A program made the position numbers and the translations under genes. Source: Bacilli bacterium (GTDB lineage: Bacteria > Bacillota_I > Bacilli_A > RFN20 > CAG-826). Taken from it: a stretch of 64,000 bases of DNA. How positions within the stretch are numbered: the stretch's first letter is position 1; each line of letters starts with the position of its first letter. Under the pieces are notes generated by a model. It was not told the origin of the DNA. It did no database searches and was given only the letters and a program-made list of their open reading frames with translations. The DNA lies in assembly GCA_017468925.1 (NCBI GenBank), contig JAFUHI010000016.1, positions 15,769-79,768 on the forward strand. The letters are read 5' to 3'. Positions 1-9,612 of this stretch are shown here, piece after piece.

Positions 1-1458
1 TCAATTAGAGGAGAATTCATCATTTCTTCCAAAAGATTAGAGGCTATTTTGGATAAGATGGAAATTCCACCTTCTTCTTCCTTGGTGGTGGAAAGAACCA
101 TTACAAAAAACAAAAACACCATAAAGATAAACGGGACAACAGTAACCTTATTCGATTTGAATAAAATCTCCCCTTTTCTAGCAGATATCCATTCGCAGTT
201 CGATTACGCAAAAATACTCAACCACGATAACTATCTTTCAATGGTAGATGGCTATGCCTATGAGAGAATCAAATCATACAAGAACGAATATTCTTTAGCC
301 TTGGAAGAATACAATCGCTCATCCAAAGAATTATCTCTATTAGAAGAGCAAAAAAGGAAATTGGATGAAAACCGCGATTTCTATCTCTTCCAATCAAAAG
401 AACTCGAAGACGCCAATCTAATCGAAGGCGAAGAAGAAAGCAACGAAAAAGAATTATCGCTTCTAAAGAATTACGACAAAGTATATTCGCTTGCAAAAGA
501 AGCGGATGAAATTATTAGAGAAGATTTCATCGATAGGCTTTATGACTTAAATAAAGACCTCTTAAAATTAAGCGAATATAACGCTTCATACGAAGAAGCA
601 TATAAGAAGCTAGATGATAAATATTACGAGATTGTCGATATATTCGATGAGCTCAAAAAGAAATTCAAATCTTTTGACTATGATCCCGAAAGACTAAATG
701 TCTTGCAGCAAAGAGAATATGATTTGAATAGTCTCAAAAGGAAATACAGGAAAAGCGTCAATGAATTAATCGCCTATCGCGAGGAATTAAAAGAATTGCT
801 TAAAATCGATAGCAATATCGATGAGCAAATCAGTGAAAAAGCAAAAGAGAAAGACGCTTTATATAAAAATCTAATCGCCAAAGGCGAAGATCTTTCGAAA
901 GTCAGGAAGCAAGTCGCAAAAGAGATCGAAGAAGCCTTGAAGAAAAACCTAAGCGATCTTCTCCTTAGAGCAGAATTCGAAATAGAATTCGTCAAAGTCG
1001 ACCCAAATGAAAACGGAATCGATGAGGTTAATTTCCTAATCGAGACAAATATCGGTGAAGGCAAGAAGAATCTAGAGAAAACAATTTCTGGAGGCGAAGC
1101 AAGCCGCATTATGCTCGCCTTTAAATCAATCTTCTTGTTCTCCAATAAAATAGAGACCGCGATATTTGATGAGATTGATGTAGGCATCTCCGGAGAAGCG
1201 GCATCCGCGGTTGGAAAGAAAATAAAAGAAATATCGCTTTTTAGACAAGTCATCGCTATTACCCACTTGCCTCAAGTCGCATCGAAAAGCGACCACCACA
1301 TCCTTATTGAAAAGATAATAAAAGACGGAAGGACATATTCGATATTAAAAGAATTGTCTCTAGAAGAAAAAATAGAGCAAATCGCAAAATTAATTTCAGG
1401 CGGCAAAGTAACAGAAAAGCAATTAGAATACGCGAAAGAAATGGTATTAGAGAACTAA
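1..1458 (+). CDS. recN: DNA repair protein RecN, C-terminal part (5' end lies upstream of window)
   Basis: The frame is open from nt 1; the track ORF 49..1458 is the internal-Met version. A long K/E-rich coiled coil is followed by the SMC/ABC signature ISGGEASRIMLAFKS and Walker B AIFDEIDVGISG. Confidence 0.85.
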   Translation, partial: SIRGEFIISSKRLEAILDKMEIPPSSSLVVERTITKNKNTIKINGTTVTLFDLNKISPFLADIHSQFDYAKILNHDNYLSMVDGYAYERIKSYKNEYSLALEEYNRSSKELSLLEEQKRKLDENRDFYLFQSKELEDANLIEGEEESNEKELSLLKNYDKVYSLAKEADEIIREDFIDRLYDLNKDLLKLSEYNASYEEAYKKLDDKYYEIVDIFDELKKKFKSFDYDPERLNVLQQREYDLNSLKRKYRKSVNELIAYREELKELLKIDSNIDEQISEKAKEKDALYKNLIAKGEDLSKVRKQVAKEIEEALKKNLSDLLLRAEFEIEFVKVDPNENGIDEVNFLIETNIGEGKKNLEKTISGGEASRIMLAFKSIFLFSNKIETAIFDEIDVGISGEAASAVGKKIKEISLFRQVIAITHLPQVASKSDHHILIEKIIKDGRTYSILKELSLEEKIEQIAKLISGGKVTEKQLEYAKEMVLEN

Positions 1459-1480
1459 ATAAGCCGCTTTTGCGGGGATT

Positions 1481-2080
1481 TTAATCAATATTTTCGTTAA
1501 TTATCTCTAAATTAAAGTCTTCTAAGGACTCTCTAGCAACGCTTATAACATATCCATCTTTGATAATCGTTTTAGTCAAATATTGTTTTCCTTTGTAGGT
1601 CTTTATTCCGTTTATCGGCAAAGCGCTTATTTCTTTTAAATCGGTGGATAATCCGTCTCCTTCCGCTTTCGATATGGCCTCTTTATTCGTCCATATCTCG
1701 TAGAAGTCTTGATCGGATTTGAGACAAGATTTTTCTTTTGAGGAACAGACAAAATCAATAAGTTTTTGTTTCGTTTCTCTTATTTTCTCCACATCTATCC
1801 CGATTTCGTTTTTTTCATCTTTTATTAGCAATACGAGACCAAACGAGTGAGAAATATTGAAGTAAGTGTTGTTGGATAAAGGCTTCCATTTCTCATTCAA
1901 ATAGTATTCGCCTATATATTTATTTTTTAAATATAGGGAGGCAATAGCCTCTTTTCTCGCTCTTTCATTTGTAATTCGGGATAATTTTTCTAGCATAGAC
2001 GAGGAAATATATTTCGATTTGATGATGTGGTCGATTTCTATCTCATTCGTGTCTATTAAATAGAGAAGCAAAGTTTCCAT
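1481..2080 (-). CDS. 4'-phosphopantetheinyl transferase (Sfp/EntD-type)
   Basis: 199 aa. PPTase motifs FNISHSFGLVLL, EIGIDVEKI and WTNKEAISKAEG are present. Confidence 0.7.
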   Translation of the reverse strand: METLLLYLIDTNEIEIDHIIKSKYISSSMLEKLSRITNERARKEAIASLYLKNKYIGEYYLNEKWKPLSNNTYFNISHSFGLVLLIKDEKNEIGIDVEKIRETKQKLIDFVCSSKEKSCLKSDQDFYEIWTNKEAISKAEGDGLSTDLKEISALPINGIKTYKGKQYLTKTIIKDGYVISVARESLEDFNLEIINENID

Positions 2081-2146
2081 AGTTAAATCTTATCCCCAAA
2101 GCAAATAAAGATTGAACAAATAATTAAAAATATTTAAATAAAAGTC

Positions 2147-2581
2147 ATGGAAATCAATATTGAACAAGTTAAGTCTATTATCGATCCTTCTCTTCCTTTA
2201 GTAAGTGTTCTTTCTAATGTCTCAAGCTTATTGAACAAGATGGAAGGCTTAAATTGGGCAGGTTTTTATCTAGTCAAAGGAGATGAGTTATATCTTGGCC
2301 CTTTTCAAGGCGAACTCGCCTGCACCATAATCAAAAAAGGGCATGGGGTTTGCGGGACCGCATTTGAAAGAAAAGAGACTATAATCGTCCCAAACGTTCT
2401 TGAATTCAAAGGGCATATCGCCTGTTCTTCCGCTTCAAGAAGCGAAATAGTCGTCCCAATAATCGTGAATGATAATGTTGTTGGGGTAATCGATATAGAT
2501 TCCCCCATATACGATAGATTTCACGATGAAGAAAAAGCATTTGTTGAACAAGTGGCAAAAGCTTTAGAAGCATGTTTCTAG
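2147..2581 (+). CDS. msrC: GAF-domain free methionine-(R)-sulfoxide reductase-like protein
   Basis: 144 aa. NWAGFYLVKGDELYLGPFQGELAC..GHGVCGTA..GHIACSSASRSEIVVPI matches the YebR/fRMsr GAF pattern, including the conserved Cys residues. Confidence 0.7.
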   Translation: MEINIEQVKSIIDPSLPLVSVLSNVSSLLNKMEGLNWAGFYLVKGDELYLGPFQGELACTIIKKGHGVCGTAFERKETIIVPNVLEFKGHIACSSASRSEIVVPIIVNDNVVGVIDIDSPIYDRFHDEEKAFVEQVAKALEACF

Positions 2582-4632
2582 GCGAATAAGGCGATTAGGC
2601 CAATAAAGCCAACGATAATATACGATGTGCCAATCGCGATGAAATATAAGAACAATGTCGTATAATCCACGACAAGATTTCTTTGACCCTTATGAGGATG
2701 ATATAAAAGTAATAATGGGGCTAAAAGCATGATGCCTTCGTATTTTCCAAGTCCAAGCTTATTGGCGAGGGGTTCGCCAGAAATGCCAATTTCCACAAAT
2801 CCAATGAGCAACACAATCAAGGCTACCAATATGTTCTTTTGCCAAATGAAACGATTACCATTGAAATATAATGCAGCATTGTTTTTCCCATATTTCTTTT
2901 CATAAAAAAGCTTTAAGAAATAATATGACACAAGATATATGATAGCCAAAACAGAGAACGGGAATTTTTCACCATTGAAGATATAGCGTTCTGCGGTGGA
3001 TAAATGCAAATCGAAAAGCACCCAATTGCATCCATTGAATATGAGCCATGAAGCGATAATCCAGCCAATAGGGATGACCGCCAAAGATCTATATACAATT
3101 AATTGCCACTTCTTCTTTAAGAACTTAGGCGTGTAGAAAAGGAACGCCATAATCATGAAATAACAGGAGATTGAGCCAAACATATTTGGAAGAACAACAA
3201 ATGTCGATGCAGTCGAAGTTGCTATAGAAGTATTCTCCAAAATACCCAAAAGCATTATTTCAAGAGAATAGAGGCAGAAGAAAACAATCATATACAGGAA
3301 AATATTCCTAAAGACTCTTTTGTCGTCAGAGAATAAATCAAAATCAATGAAATAAAGGAGGAACATGCCGACCATAAAGATGCTCATAAGAGAATCGGTC
3401 GCCCCACTTTGCATAACCGAACCCATACTAGTTATGCCAAAGAATCCTGCAGCGTATAAAACGATTCTAAACGATCCAACGAATACCAAAAAGATTCCAA
3501 TGATTTCGATAACCGTCTCTGGGATGAATGGACCTATTCTAAAGTCTGTCTTTAGAACAGAATGCCCATCTCTAACAACCTCAGTCACAGGTGGTCTATA
3601 GTCAACCATTTTGCCTTTTCGCGTGCCATAAATAAAGGAGAATATAGTGACAAATAAATTAAAGCCAAGAAGTATTATTCCAAATAAAAATCCCAAGGCC
3701 ACAAAAACATTAGATGACATGGTCTTATCACTTGCTTCTTTTTCATACTGCAATAAAGAAGAAACAGTTACATTTACTCTGGTCTTTTCTGCAATTAATG
3801 TATTAAAATCCCTGTAAAAAGAGTTCAAATATGGCTCAATTACTAAATACATAGCTTTGTATTCTGGCGAATCTTCTGCATATACTTTGCTTTCCGACAT
3901 GTAATAAATGCACTCAAAATTCATGTCTTCATCTACATCATAGGACATTTCATCAGTTCTGATTTCGTTATAATAATCGACTTTTACATTGACACCAAAT
4001 AACGCATCGGCATAAGGGCTTGACGGAGTAACGATGCATCTATACTCATTCGTCCTATATGTCGCTTTGAATTCTAGATTACCGACAGCGTTTTCATCAT
4101 ATTCGCCTTTTATTGATATGTATTTGGAAGTCCCCTCTTCTGCATCTTTTTCAATCGTATATATTTCTGGACGCACAATCGTTTTGGTCAAAGAGAATGA
4201 TGGAGTACCTACCTCCGCCAAACGATCACAGAATGAAAGATAAGTTTCGTTATAGTTTTCTCTTATGTGGTCTTCATTAAATTGATTTACCGCGGCGGCT
4301 GAAATAATTAACGCGGCGGAAGCAAGTGTTAAAGCAATAAAGGTTATTTTGAAAGCGATATGGCCAAGCACTTTGTATGCCAGCTGAACAATCTTGTGTT
4401 TTTTCTTTTCTGGCAATTCGCAGGGATATGATTGATCTCCTGTTAAAAATGAAGAAAAATCTTCGCCAATAAATTCGCTTATTTTGATAACTTCTCTTTT
4501 AAAAGGCTTGCCATAACCTGATTCAATGAAATCATACCTTGCCCAGGATAAACCGATGGCTTTTGCCATCTGTCTTCTGCTAAGTTTTCTTTTCTGCCTC
4601 TCTTCGTAAAGGCGATAGTTATATGGCTGCAT
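2578..4632 (-). CDS. XRE-type HTH domain fused to a large polytopic membrane protein
   Basis: 684 aa. The N-terminal LSRRQMAKAIGLSWARYDFIESG helix-turn-helix is followed by a TM segment, a soluble segment of about 190 aa, and about 10 hydrophobic helices. Confidence 0.6.
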   Translation of the reverse strand: MQPYNYRLYEERQKRKLSRRQMAKAIGLSWARYDFIESGYGKPFKREVIKISEFIGEDFSSFLTGDQSYPCELPEKKKHKIVQLAYKVLGHIAFKITFIALTLASAALIISAAAVNQFNEDHIRENYNETYLSFCDRLAEVGTPSFSLTKTIVRPEIYTIEKDAEEGTSKYISIKGEYDENAVGNLEFKATYRTNEYRCIVTPSSPYADALFGVNVKVDYYNEIRTDEMSYDVDEDMNFECIYYMSESKVYAEDSPEYKAMYLVIEPYLNSFYRDFNTLIAEKTRVNVTVSSLLQYEKEASDKTMSSNVFVALGFLFGIILLGFNLFVTIFSFIYGTRKGKMVDYRPPVTEVVRDGHSVLKTDFRIGPFIPETVIEIIGIFLVFVGSFRIVLYAAGFFGITSMGSVMQSGATDSLMSIFMVGMFLLYFIDFDLFSDDKRVFRNIFLYMIVFFCLYSLEIMLLGILENTSIATSTASTFVVLPNMFGSISCYFMIMAFLFYTPKFLKKKWQLIVYRSLAVIPIGWIIASWLIFNGCNWVLFDLHLSTAERYIFNGEKFPFSVLAIIYLVSYYFLKLFYEKKYGKNNAALYFNGNRFIWQKNILVALIVLLIGFVEIGISGEPLANKLGLGKYEGIMLLAPLLLLYHPHKGQRNLVVDYTTLFLYFIAIGTSYIIVGFIGLIALFA

Positions 4633-4688
4633 CGAAAAAATTATATCATTTTGAGTTAGTTTTCTTTAAAGAATGATAAAATTCCTCT

Positions 4689-6521
4689 ATGAAAAGAAAA
4701 AGCTTGCTGGTTATTGCTGTACCTCTAATCCTATCTTCCTGTACCGCAAACGAAGAAGATCGGTATACTTTCAACCACCAGCAAGGAACAGCGGATTATG
4801 AATCATACATGTATTTCAATGATTCCTTTTTCGAAAAAGAATCAACCATATACAACCCATCTTTAGCGACCGCATCAGTCTCGATGGCTATGGCGAGTTT
4901 TGCCTCCCAAAGCGAACCAGCAAACTATGACCATAGATATAAGAATATAGAGTCTTTGTTAACTGATATTGGGTTTAAAGATTTTTATGTCAATGAAAAC
5001 TATAAAAAGAAACCTGGATCCGACACAATCGGATTGGTGTTTGCGCATAAAAAAGTATTGGGCAAAGAATTGGTGGTAATGGGAGTAAGAGGCGCCAACT
5101 ATGAAGCGGAATGGGCTAGCAACTTCACACTCGGAAAAAGGGAAGATGGCTACCATGATGGGTTTAGATCCGCCGCTGATGAAGCCTGCAGAGAATTAGT
5201 TAATTATGTTGATTCACATAATTTTGACGGGGATATTAAGGTTTGGATGGCTGGATATTCTAGAGCAGGTGCAACTTGCAATATCACCGCAGGGCTTTTA
5301 GATGAAAAAATTAGCAAAGGTGATTCAATATTCAAAAATAACGTTACACTCAAAAAAGAAGATCTATATGCATATACCTTTGAAGCACCGATGGGCGCCC
5401 CTTCCACCAAAAATGACTCCGGCGATATATTAGTTAAACTTGATGACTACAATAACATTTTTAATATCGTCAATCAAAACGATTTAGTTCCTCTTGTAGC
5501 AATGAAAGAATTTGGATTCACAAGATTTGGGATTGATAAATACTTGCCCGATTCTTTTACTGATTTCGATTTCCAAAAACACCTTAATAATGTCATTTAT
5601 TTCTATGACCGCATTTCTAACCATAATGCTTTAGGAGACTATAAGATCTCTTCCTTTACAACCAAAAGCCTTTCTGGATTTAGTTTTGGAGAGGACAAAA
5701 AGTCACACGCCTGGACACAGGGTTTGCTTTTAAAGGAACTAATCTCATTATTGACCGTTGAGGGTGTTGAGACAATTGATAATTATGTTGAAACCATCCA
5801 AAAAGGGCTCAGATATTTATTCGAGCTGATATATAAATCGGGATATTTCAAAGGTTCATTAATTGATATTGGCTTATCGATGATCCAAAACATCTCCACT
5901 ATCAAAACCGTTGAGGATTTGGTGGATGATGTCCAAAGAGAACCAGGACGTTTTGTTGATGACTTAAGGCCTGTTTTGATGCGAGGATTAAGAAAACTTG
6001 GTATTGAGGTCGATACCCATGAATTTGTCAATAATCTTTTGTCTTTAGGAACCGCACTAACAAAGACAATCATCTATTCCTTAGATAATGCAAAGAATTA
6101 TTTGGTGTTTTCCTTATTTTCAAAAGACAACCTGCTATCAATCGCCTCTGGACATTACCCTGAATTATGCCAATCGCATATTAGAGCCTTAGATCCTTTA
6201 TACACAAAAGACCCATATGTCACTGACTTGAGTGAAAAATTCTATAAGTTGGAAGTAATAAAGGACGAAGGATTAGAAATCGTAATCAATAGAAATGATT
6301 ACCCCATTGTTTCAATCGGCGATAATCTAGAACCGATCGATAATGATATCGCATATAGAGATGAGGGAACGTATTACACGATTTATCTCCCCTACAACGA
6401 ATCGTATGATGTCAAATTCAATATGGAGACATTCTTCTCTTTATCTCATTATGATCAAATAAAAGGGGATTTTGTTGAAGATACAAAGCAACTGGATTCC
6501 TCATTTTCATTCGAAATATAA
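4689..6521 (+). CDS. Lipoprotein with class-3 lipase-like alpha/beta-hydrolase domain
   Basis: 610 aa. Signal peptide with lipobox LSSC. Nucleophile-elbow-like VWMAGYSRAGA (GxSxG) and a downstream NQNDLVPLV motif, as in lipase_3 proteins. Confidence 0.55.
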   Translation: MKRKSLLVIAVPLILSSCTANEEDRYTFNHQQGTADYESYMYFNDSFFEKESTIYNPSLATASVSMAMASFASQSEPANYDHRYKNIESLLTDIGFKDFYVNENYKKKPGSDTIGLVFAHKKVLGKELVVMGVRGANYEAEWASNFTLGKREDGYHDGFRSAADEACRELVNYVDSHNFDGDIKVWMAGYSRAGATCNITAGLLDEKISKGDSIFKNNVTLKKEDLYAYTFEAPMGAPSTKNDSGDILVKLDDYNNIFNIVNQNDLVPLVAMKEFGFTRFGIDKYLPDSFTDFDFQKHLNNVIYFYDRISNHNALGDYKISSFTTKSLSGFSFGEDKKSHAWTQGLLLKELISLLTVEGVETIDNYVETIQKGLRYLFELIYKSGYFKGSLIDIGLSMIQNISTIKTVEDLVDDVQREPGRFVDDLRPVLMRGLRKLGIEVDTHEFVNNLLSLGTALTKTIIYSLDNAKNYLVFSLFSKDNLLSIASGHYPELCQSHIRALDPLYTKDPYVTDLSEKFYKLEVIKDEGLEIVINRNDYPIVSIGDNLEPIDNDIAYRDEGTYYTIYLPYNESYDVKFNMETFFSLSHYDQIKGDFVEDTKQLDSSFSFEI

Positions 6522-6565
6522 CAAAATGCCTGCAAAACATGCTTATTTTGATAAAGGATTCGATT

Positions 6566-7462
6566 TTATAACTGATTAAAAATAATCGATACCGAAATCA
6601 CCGCTTCGATATCGTAAGACAAGGAAAAATAATACGTCCCCAATTTCGAGACATTTACAGTTCCTGCAATTTCTTTTGTTCTTAGGATTCTTCTGCCATC
6701 AAAATAACAGTAGAGATATCCCATATGTTCATAGGAAACGTCACCCAAAGAATATCTAAACGAGTTGACGATGGTCGCATTCGGATTGGTCTCCGCATAA
6801 AAATACGCTTTTTCATCTGCGGTTGTCTCTATCATTCCACTGCCTTCAATTTTCTTCCCGGCATAGATGCCACAAGAGCAATTGCCAATTTCATCGTATT
6901 CATGTGGACCATTGTTTTTTAGCGAGAAAGATACGTTTCCGGTTTCGGTGGGAATTATATATAGCAAATAGTCTCCACCTTTTTGGAGATATGAAGCATT
7001 AATTTCTTCATTCTTATCTAGAAGTGTGGCAAATCCATCAGAGTATTTGCAGATATAGAAATTAGAGATATTGATAGAATTCTCTATAGTAATCCAGTGC
7101 CTAGAGAATCCGCCAAATCTAAAAACCATTTTCTCATCTTTGATTCCTGCTTTTTGGATCATCGTATTAAACTCAATTTCTTCTATACTCTCGAATTCCT
7201 CGTCAGGGAAATCACAATGGAAGCATTCGGTGCAGATTCCTAGTTCATCGAATGTGTGAGGCGTAACATCGTATCGTTCCTTGCATGAAAAACAGACATG
7301 ATAATGGTTTGTTTCGTCACCGCTCCATTTAGGATTCCACATGTAATGGATATGCTCCGATGTCGATTTAAGGCTATAAGAAATATCTTCTTCAGAAGGC
7401 GAAGTGCAGCTTACAGGAAGAAGCAATAATGATGCGAAAGCAAATAGATTCCTTAAACGCAT
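6566..7462 (-). CDS. Probable lipoprotein, unknown function (Cys/His-rich segment)
   Basis: 298 aa. N-terminal signal with LLLLPVSC, and a HYHVCFSCKERYDVTPHTFDELGICTECFHC cluster. Confidence 0.45.
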   Translation of the reverse strand: MRLRNLFAFASLLLLPVSCTSPSEEDISYSLKSTSEHIHYMWNPKWSGDETNHYHVCFSCKERYDVTPHTFDELGICTECFHCDFPDEEFESIEEIEFNTMIQKAGIKDEKMVFRFGGFSRHWITIENSINISNFYICKYSDGFATLLDKNEEINASYLQKGGDYLLYIIPTETGNVSFSLKNNGPHEYDEIGNCSCGIYAGKKIEGSGMIETTADEKAYFYAETNPNATIVNSFRYSLGDVSYEHMGYLYCYFDGRRILRTKEIAGTVNVSKLGTYYFSLSYDIEAVISVSIIFNQL

Positions 7463-7504
7463 GAATAAATCATCCCATTACATTTAAGCAATGTCAAAAA
7501 TATC

Positions 7505-8182
7505 TTATTTATTTTTGATGCTTGCGATAAGTTTGAAAATCAAAACACCAATAATTGGGCCGAATGAATTAAATAAAATGCATAACGCGAGATTTATGAA
7601 AGTCTCGCCGATGAAATGATTGCCAAAGCCAAAATAAAACATATTGGCGATGCAGTGTTGGAAGCCACAGTAAACGAATACGAAAACAAACGTAACAAGG
7701 CTTAAAATCCCCACAAATCTAAGCCTATTTAAGGCAAATAGCTTCACTGCGAAATAAACGCACAAGCCACACAAGAACGATTTGATCATAAGAGAAAGAT
7801 AGTCATTGAAGGTGTTTAAATTGGTTCTAGATAAACAGGCGGCGTTTACCGTTTCCATCACGCTTGTGTCCTTAAAAATGAAATAGCAGGCGTAGCCAAG
7901 CGCAATCGCTCCGATGGCGTTTCCTATAAGCATGATTGGCAAAGAAAGATAGAACGGCAAATCTTTCTTCTCTTCATATATAAGTCCTATCTTGCCTGTG
8001 TATAAACTTAAAGAAAATGTGCAGACTGTAAATAGACCGATCGAGAAGGCCAAAGAACCAAGCGCTTTGCCCAATTCTCCATCGACATAATGCGATAAGA
8101 TGATAAATAAAAATCCTCCAACGCCTATAGCGATACCCGCCAATATGCCTTTTAAGAAGTTTAAACTCAATGTTTTTGCCAT
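7505..8182 (-). CDS. Formate/nitrite transporter (FNT) family protein
   Basis: The track ORF starts at a TTG (8209); I prefer the ATG at 8182 (MAKTLS..). About six TM helices with FNT-like GFQHCIANMFYF (compare the HSIANM motif). Confidence 0.55.
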   Translation of the reverse strand: MAKTLSLNFLKGILAGIAIGVGGFLFIILSHYVDGELGKALGSLAFSIGLFTVCTFSLSLYTGKIGLIYEEKKDLPFYLSLPIMLIGNAIGAIALGYACYFIFKDTSVMETVNAACLSRTNLNTFNDYLSLMIKSFLCGLCVYFAVKLFALNRLRFVGILSLVTFVFVFVYCGFQHCIANMFYFGFGNHFIGETFINLALCILFNSFGPIIGVLIFKLIASIKNK

Positions 8183-8241
8183 ATTGTTAATTATCAAACC
8201 AAAATACAAAAAGTAAATTTAATTAATCAAAATCAAATAAA

Positions 8242-8622
8242 CTACTTACGAGCAATCAGCCAACGAACCAAAACTATGGCAAGGAGAACCACGGTAATGC
8301 CAATAACCGCGAAGGCAATATAGTAGTCATAGAAAAAGAAAGTGAATAAAGCTCCGACAAGCATCAGCAATGAGACGATGAATGTTGATAAGGTGAATGG
8401 CGATTTTTTAATCTTTTTGACAACGAGAATTATCGCAAACGCTAAGATAGATAAATAAAATAATCCCCTAAATAGATATGTCATAAACGACATGGCAGGA
8501 GATTCCATAAGGGTAAAATCCCCTGCAAAAAGTGGTCGGATTTCAACAAAAGCAAACACAAAAGATAGAATTGAGACAAGGAACAATCCGATGTAACCGA
8601 GTATAGATAGCACCTTCTTCAT
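8242..8622 (-). CDS. Small integral membrane protein (4 TM), unknown function
   Basis: 126 aa and almost entirely hydrophobic. Its start overlaps the upstream PI-PLC-like gene stop by 4 nt. Confidence 0.5.
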   Translation of the reverse strand: MKKVLSILGYIGLFLVSILSFVFAFVEIRPLFAGDFTLMESPAMSFMTYLFRGLFYLSILAFAIILVVKKIKKSPFTLSTFIVSLLMLVGALFTFFFYDYYIAFAVIGITVVLLAIVLVRWLIARK

Positions 8623-9536
8623 AAGATTCCCTCAAAAAACGAATCCATACTCGCTTTCGTCACAAAGTCATATAAAACAATGCCTCTATCTTTGTAATTG
8701 GATATCTCATCATTTATCCAAGGATTGATATCAAGCGCTGCGCTTGGCGCATAGCTTGGAGGAAAATAATCCGTTTTATATGCGCTTAAGAAATTGATCT
8801 TTAACATATGCCCAATCTCGTTAAAGCACTTTATAATTTCCTCTTTTTTATCCTCAGATGAAGTGATTTTGTAGGTGTCTTGAACGTATATATCATGCTT
8901 GCTTAAGGTGAAGGAGCAAGAATCAGCCCAGCCATCATAGGCGTTAATACCTATGGTCGGTGAAGCGTATCTAGATAGCAACAATACCTTGCCTCTTACC
9001 TGTCCTAAGGTTAATGGCAATATGTCGTTCTTCCAATATATGTCGCTTTTTAGATATCCTTTCAAGCAATCTTCAAAACTTATCGTCGAGGATGATGGGT
9101 CATCTTCCTCTTTGACTGACATGATGATAAATTCGCTTGGATTGTCCTCAATGAATTTCTCAATTGTTTTTGTGATGCTGTCGAATTTGGCTTTTTGATC
9201 AACAAAACCATGAACCGCTTTAAGTTCGTTTTTATCTTCCTTTAACCTTATATCCAGAAACCTCACACCAAGATTAAGCTGGTCTTCTAGTGATAGACTT
9301 TGGCATTGTCCAGCTAAGTCCCCAATTGAATGCAACGCCATAGTGTCATGGCTGCCAGGCATGGCGATTGTCCTTAGCAAAGTTAAATCGCTAAGCGATT
9401 CCATCCATTTCGAATATGTCTTATCCCCGCTTTTCTGCTTTAAAGCGCCAGAGAAGCCCAAAACAGAGCAAGCCAAAACAAAAACAGATAACGAAATCGG
9501 GATTAAAAAATTCTTTAATTTGTCTTTCATATGCAT
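8619..9536 (-). CDS. Phosphatidylinositol-specific phospholipase C X-domain protein (membrane-anchored)
   Basis: 305 aa. N-terminal TM, then PI-PLC X-box motifs IAMPGSHDT and GVRFLDIRL. Confidence 0.7.
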   Translation of the reverse strand: MHMKDKLKNFLIPISLSVFVLACSVLGFSGALKQKSGDKTYSKWMESLSDLTLLRTIAMPGSHDTMALHSIGDLAGQCQSLSLEDQLNLGVRFLDIRLKEDKNELKAVHGFVDQKAKFDSITKTIEKFIEDNPSEFIIMSVKEEDDPSSSTISFEDCLKGYLKSDIYWKNDILPLTLGQVRGKVLLLSRYASPTIGINAYDGWADSCSFTLSKHDIYVQDTYKITSSEDKKEEIIKCFNEIGHMLKINFLSAYKTDYFPPSYAPSAALDINPWINDEISNYKDRGIVLYDFVTKASMDSFFEGIL

Positions 9537-9612
9537 TCGATTATAACATAGAAAGCATTTTCATATGCATATCTATTGTTTTATAAAACAAAATGCCTAA
9601 AATATCTATCTC

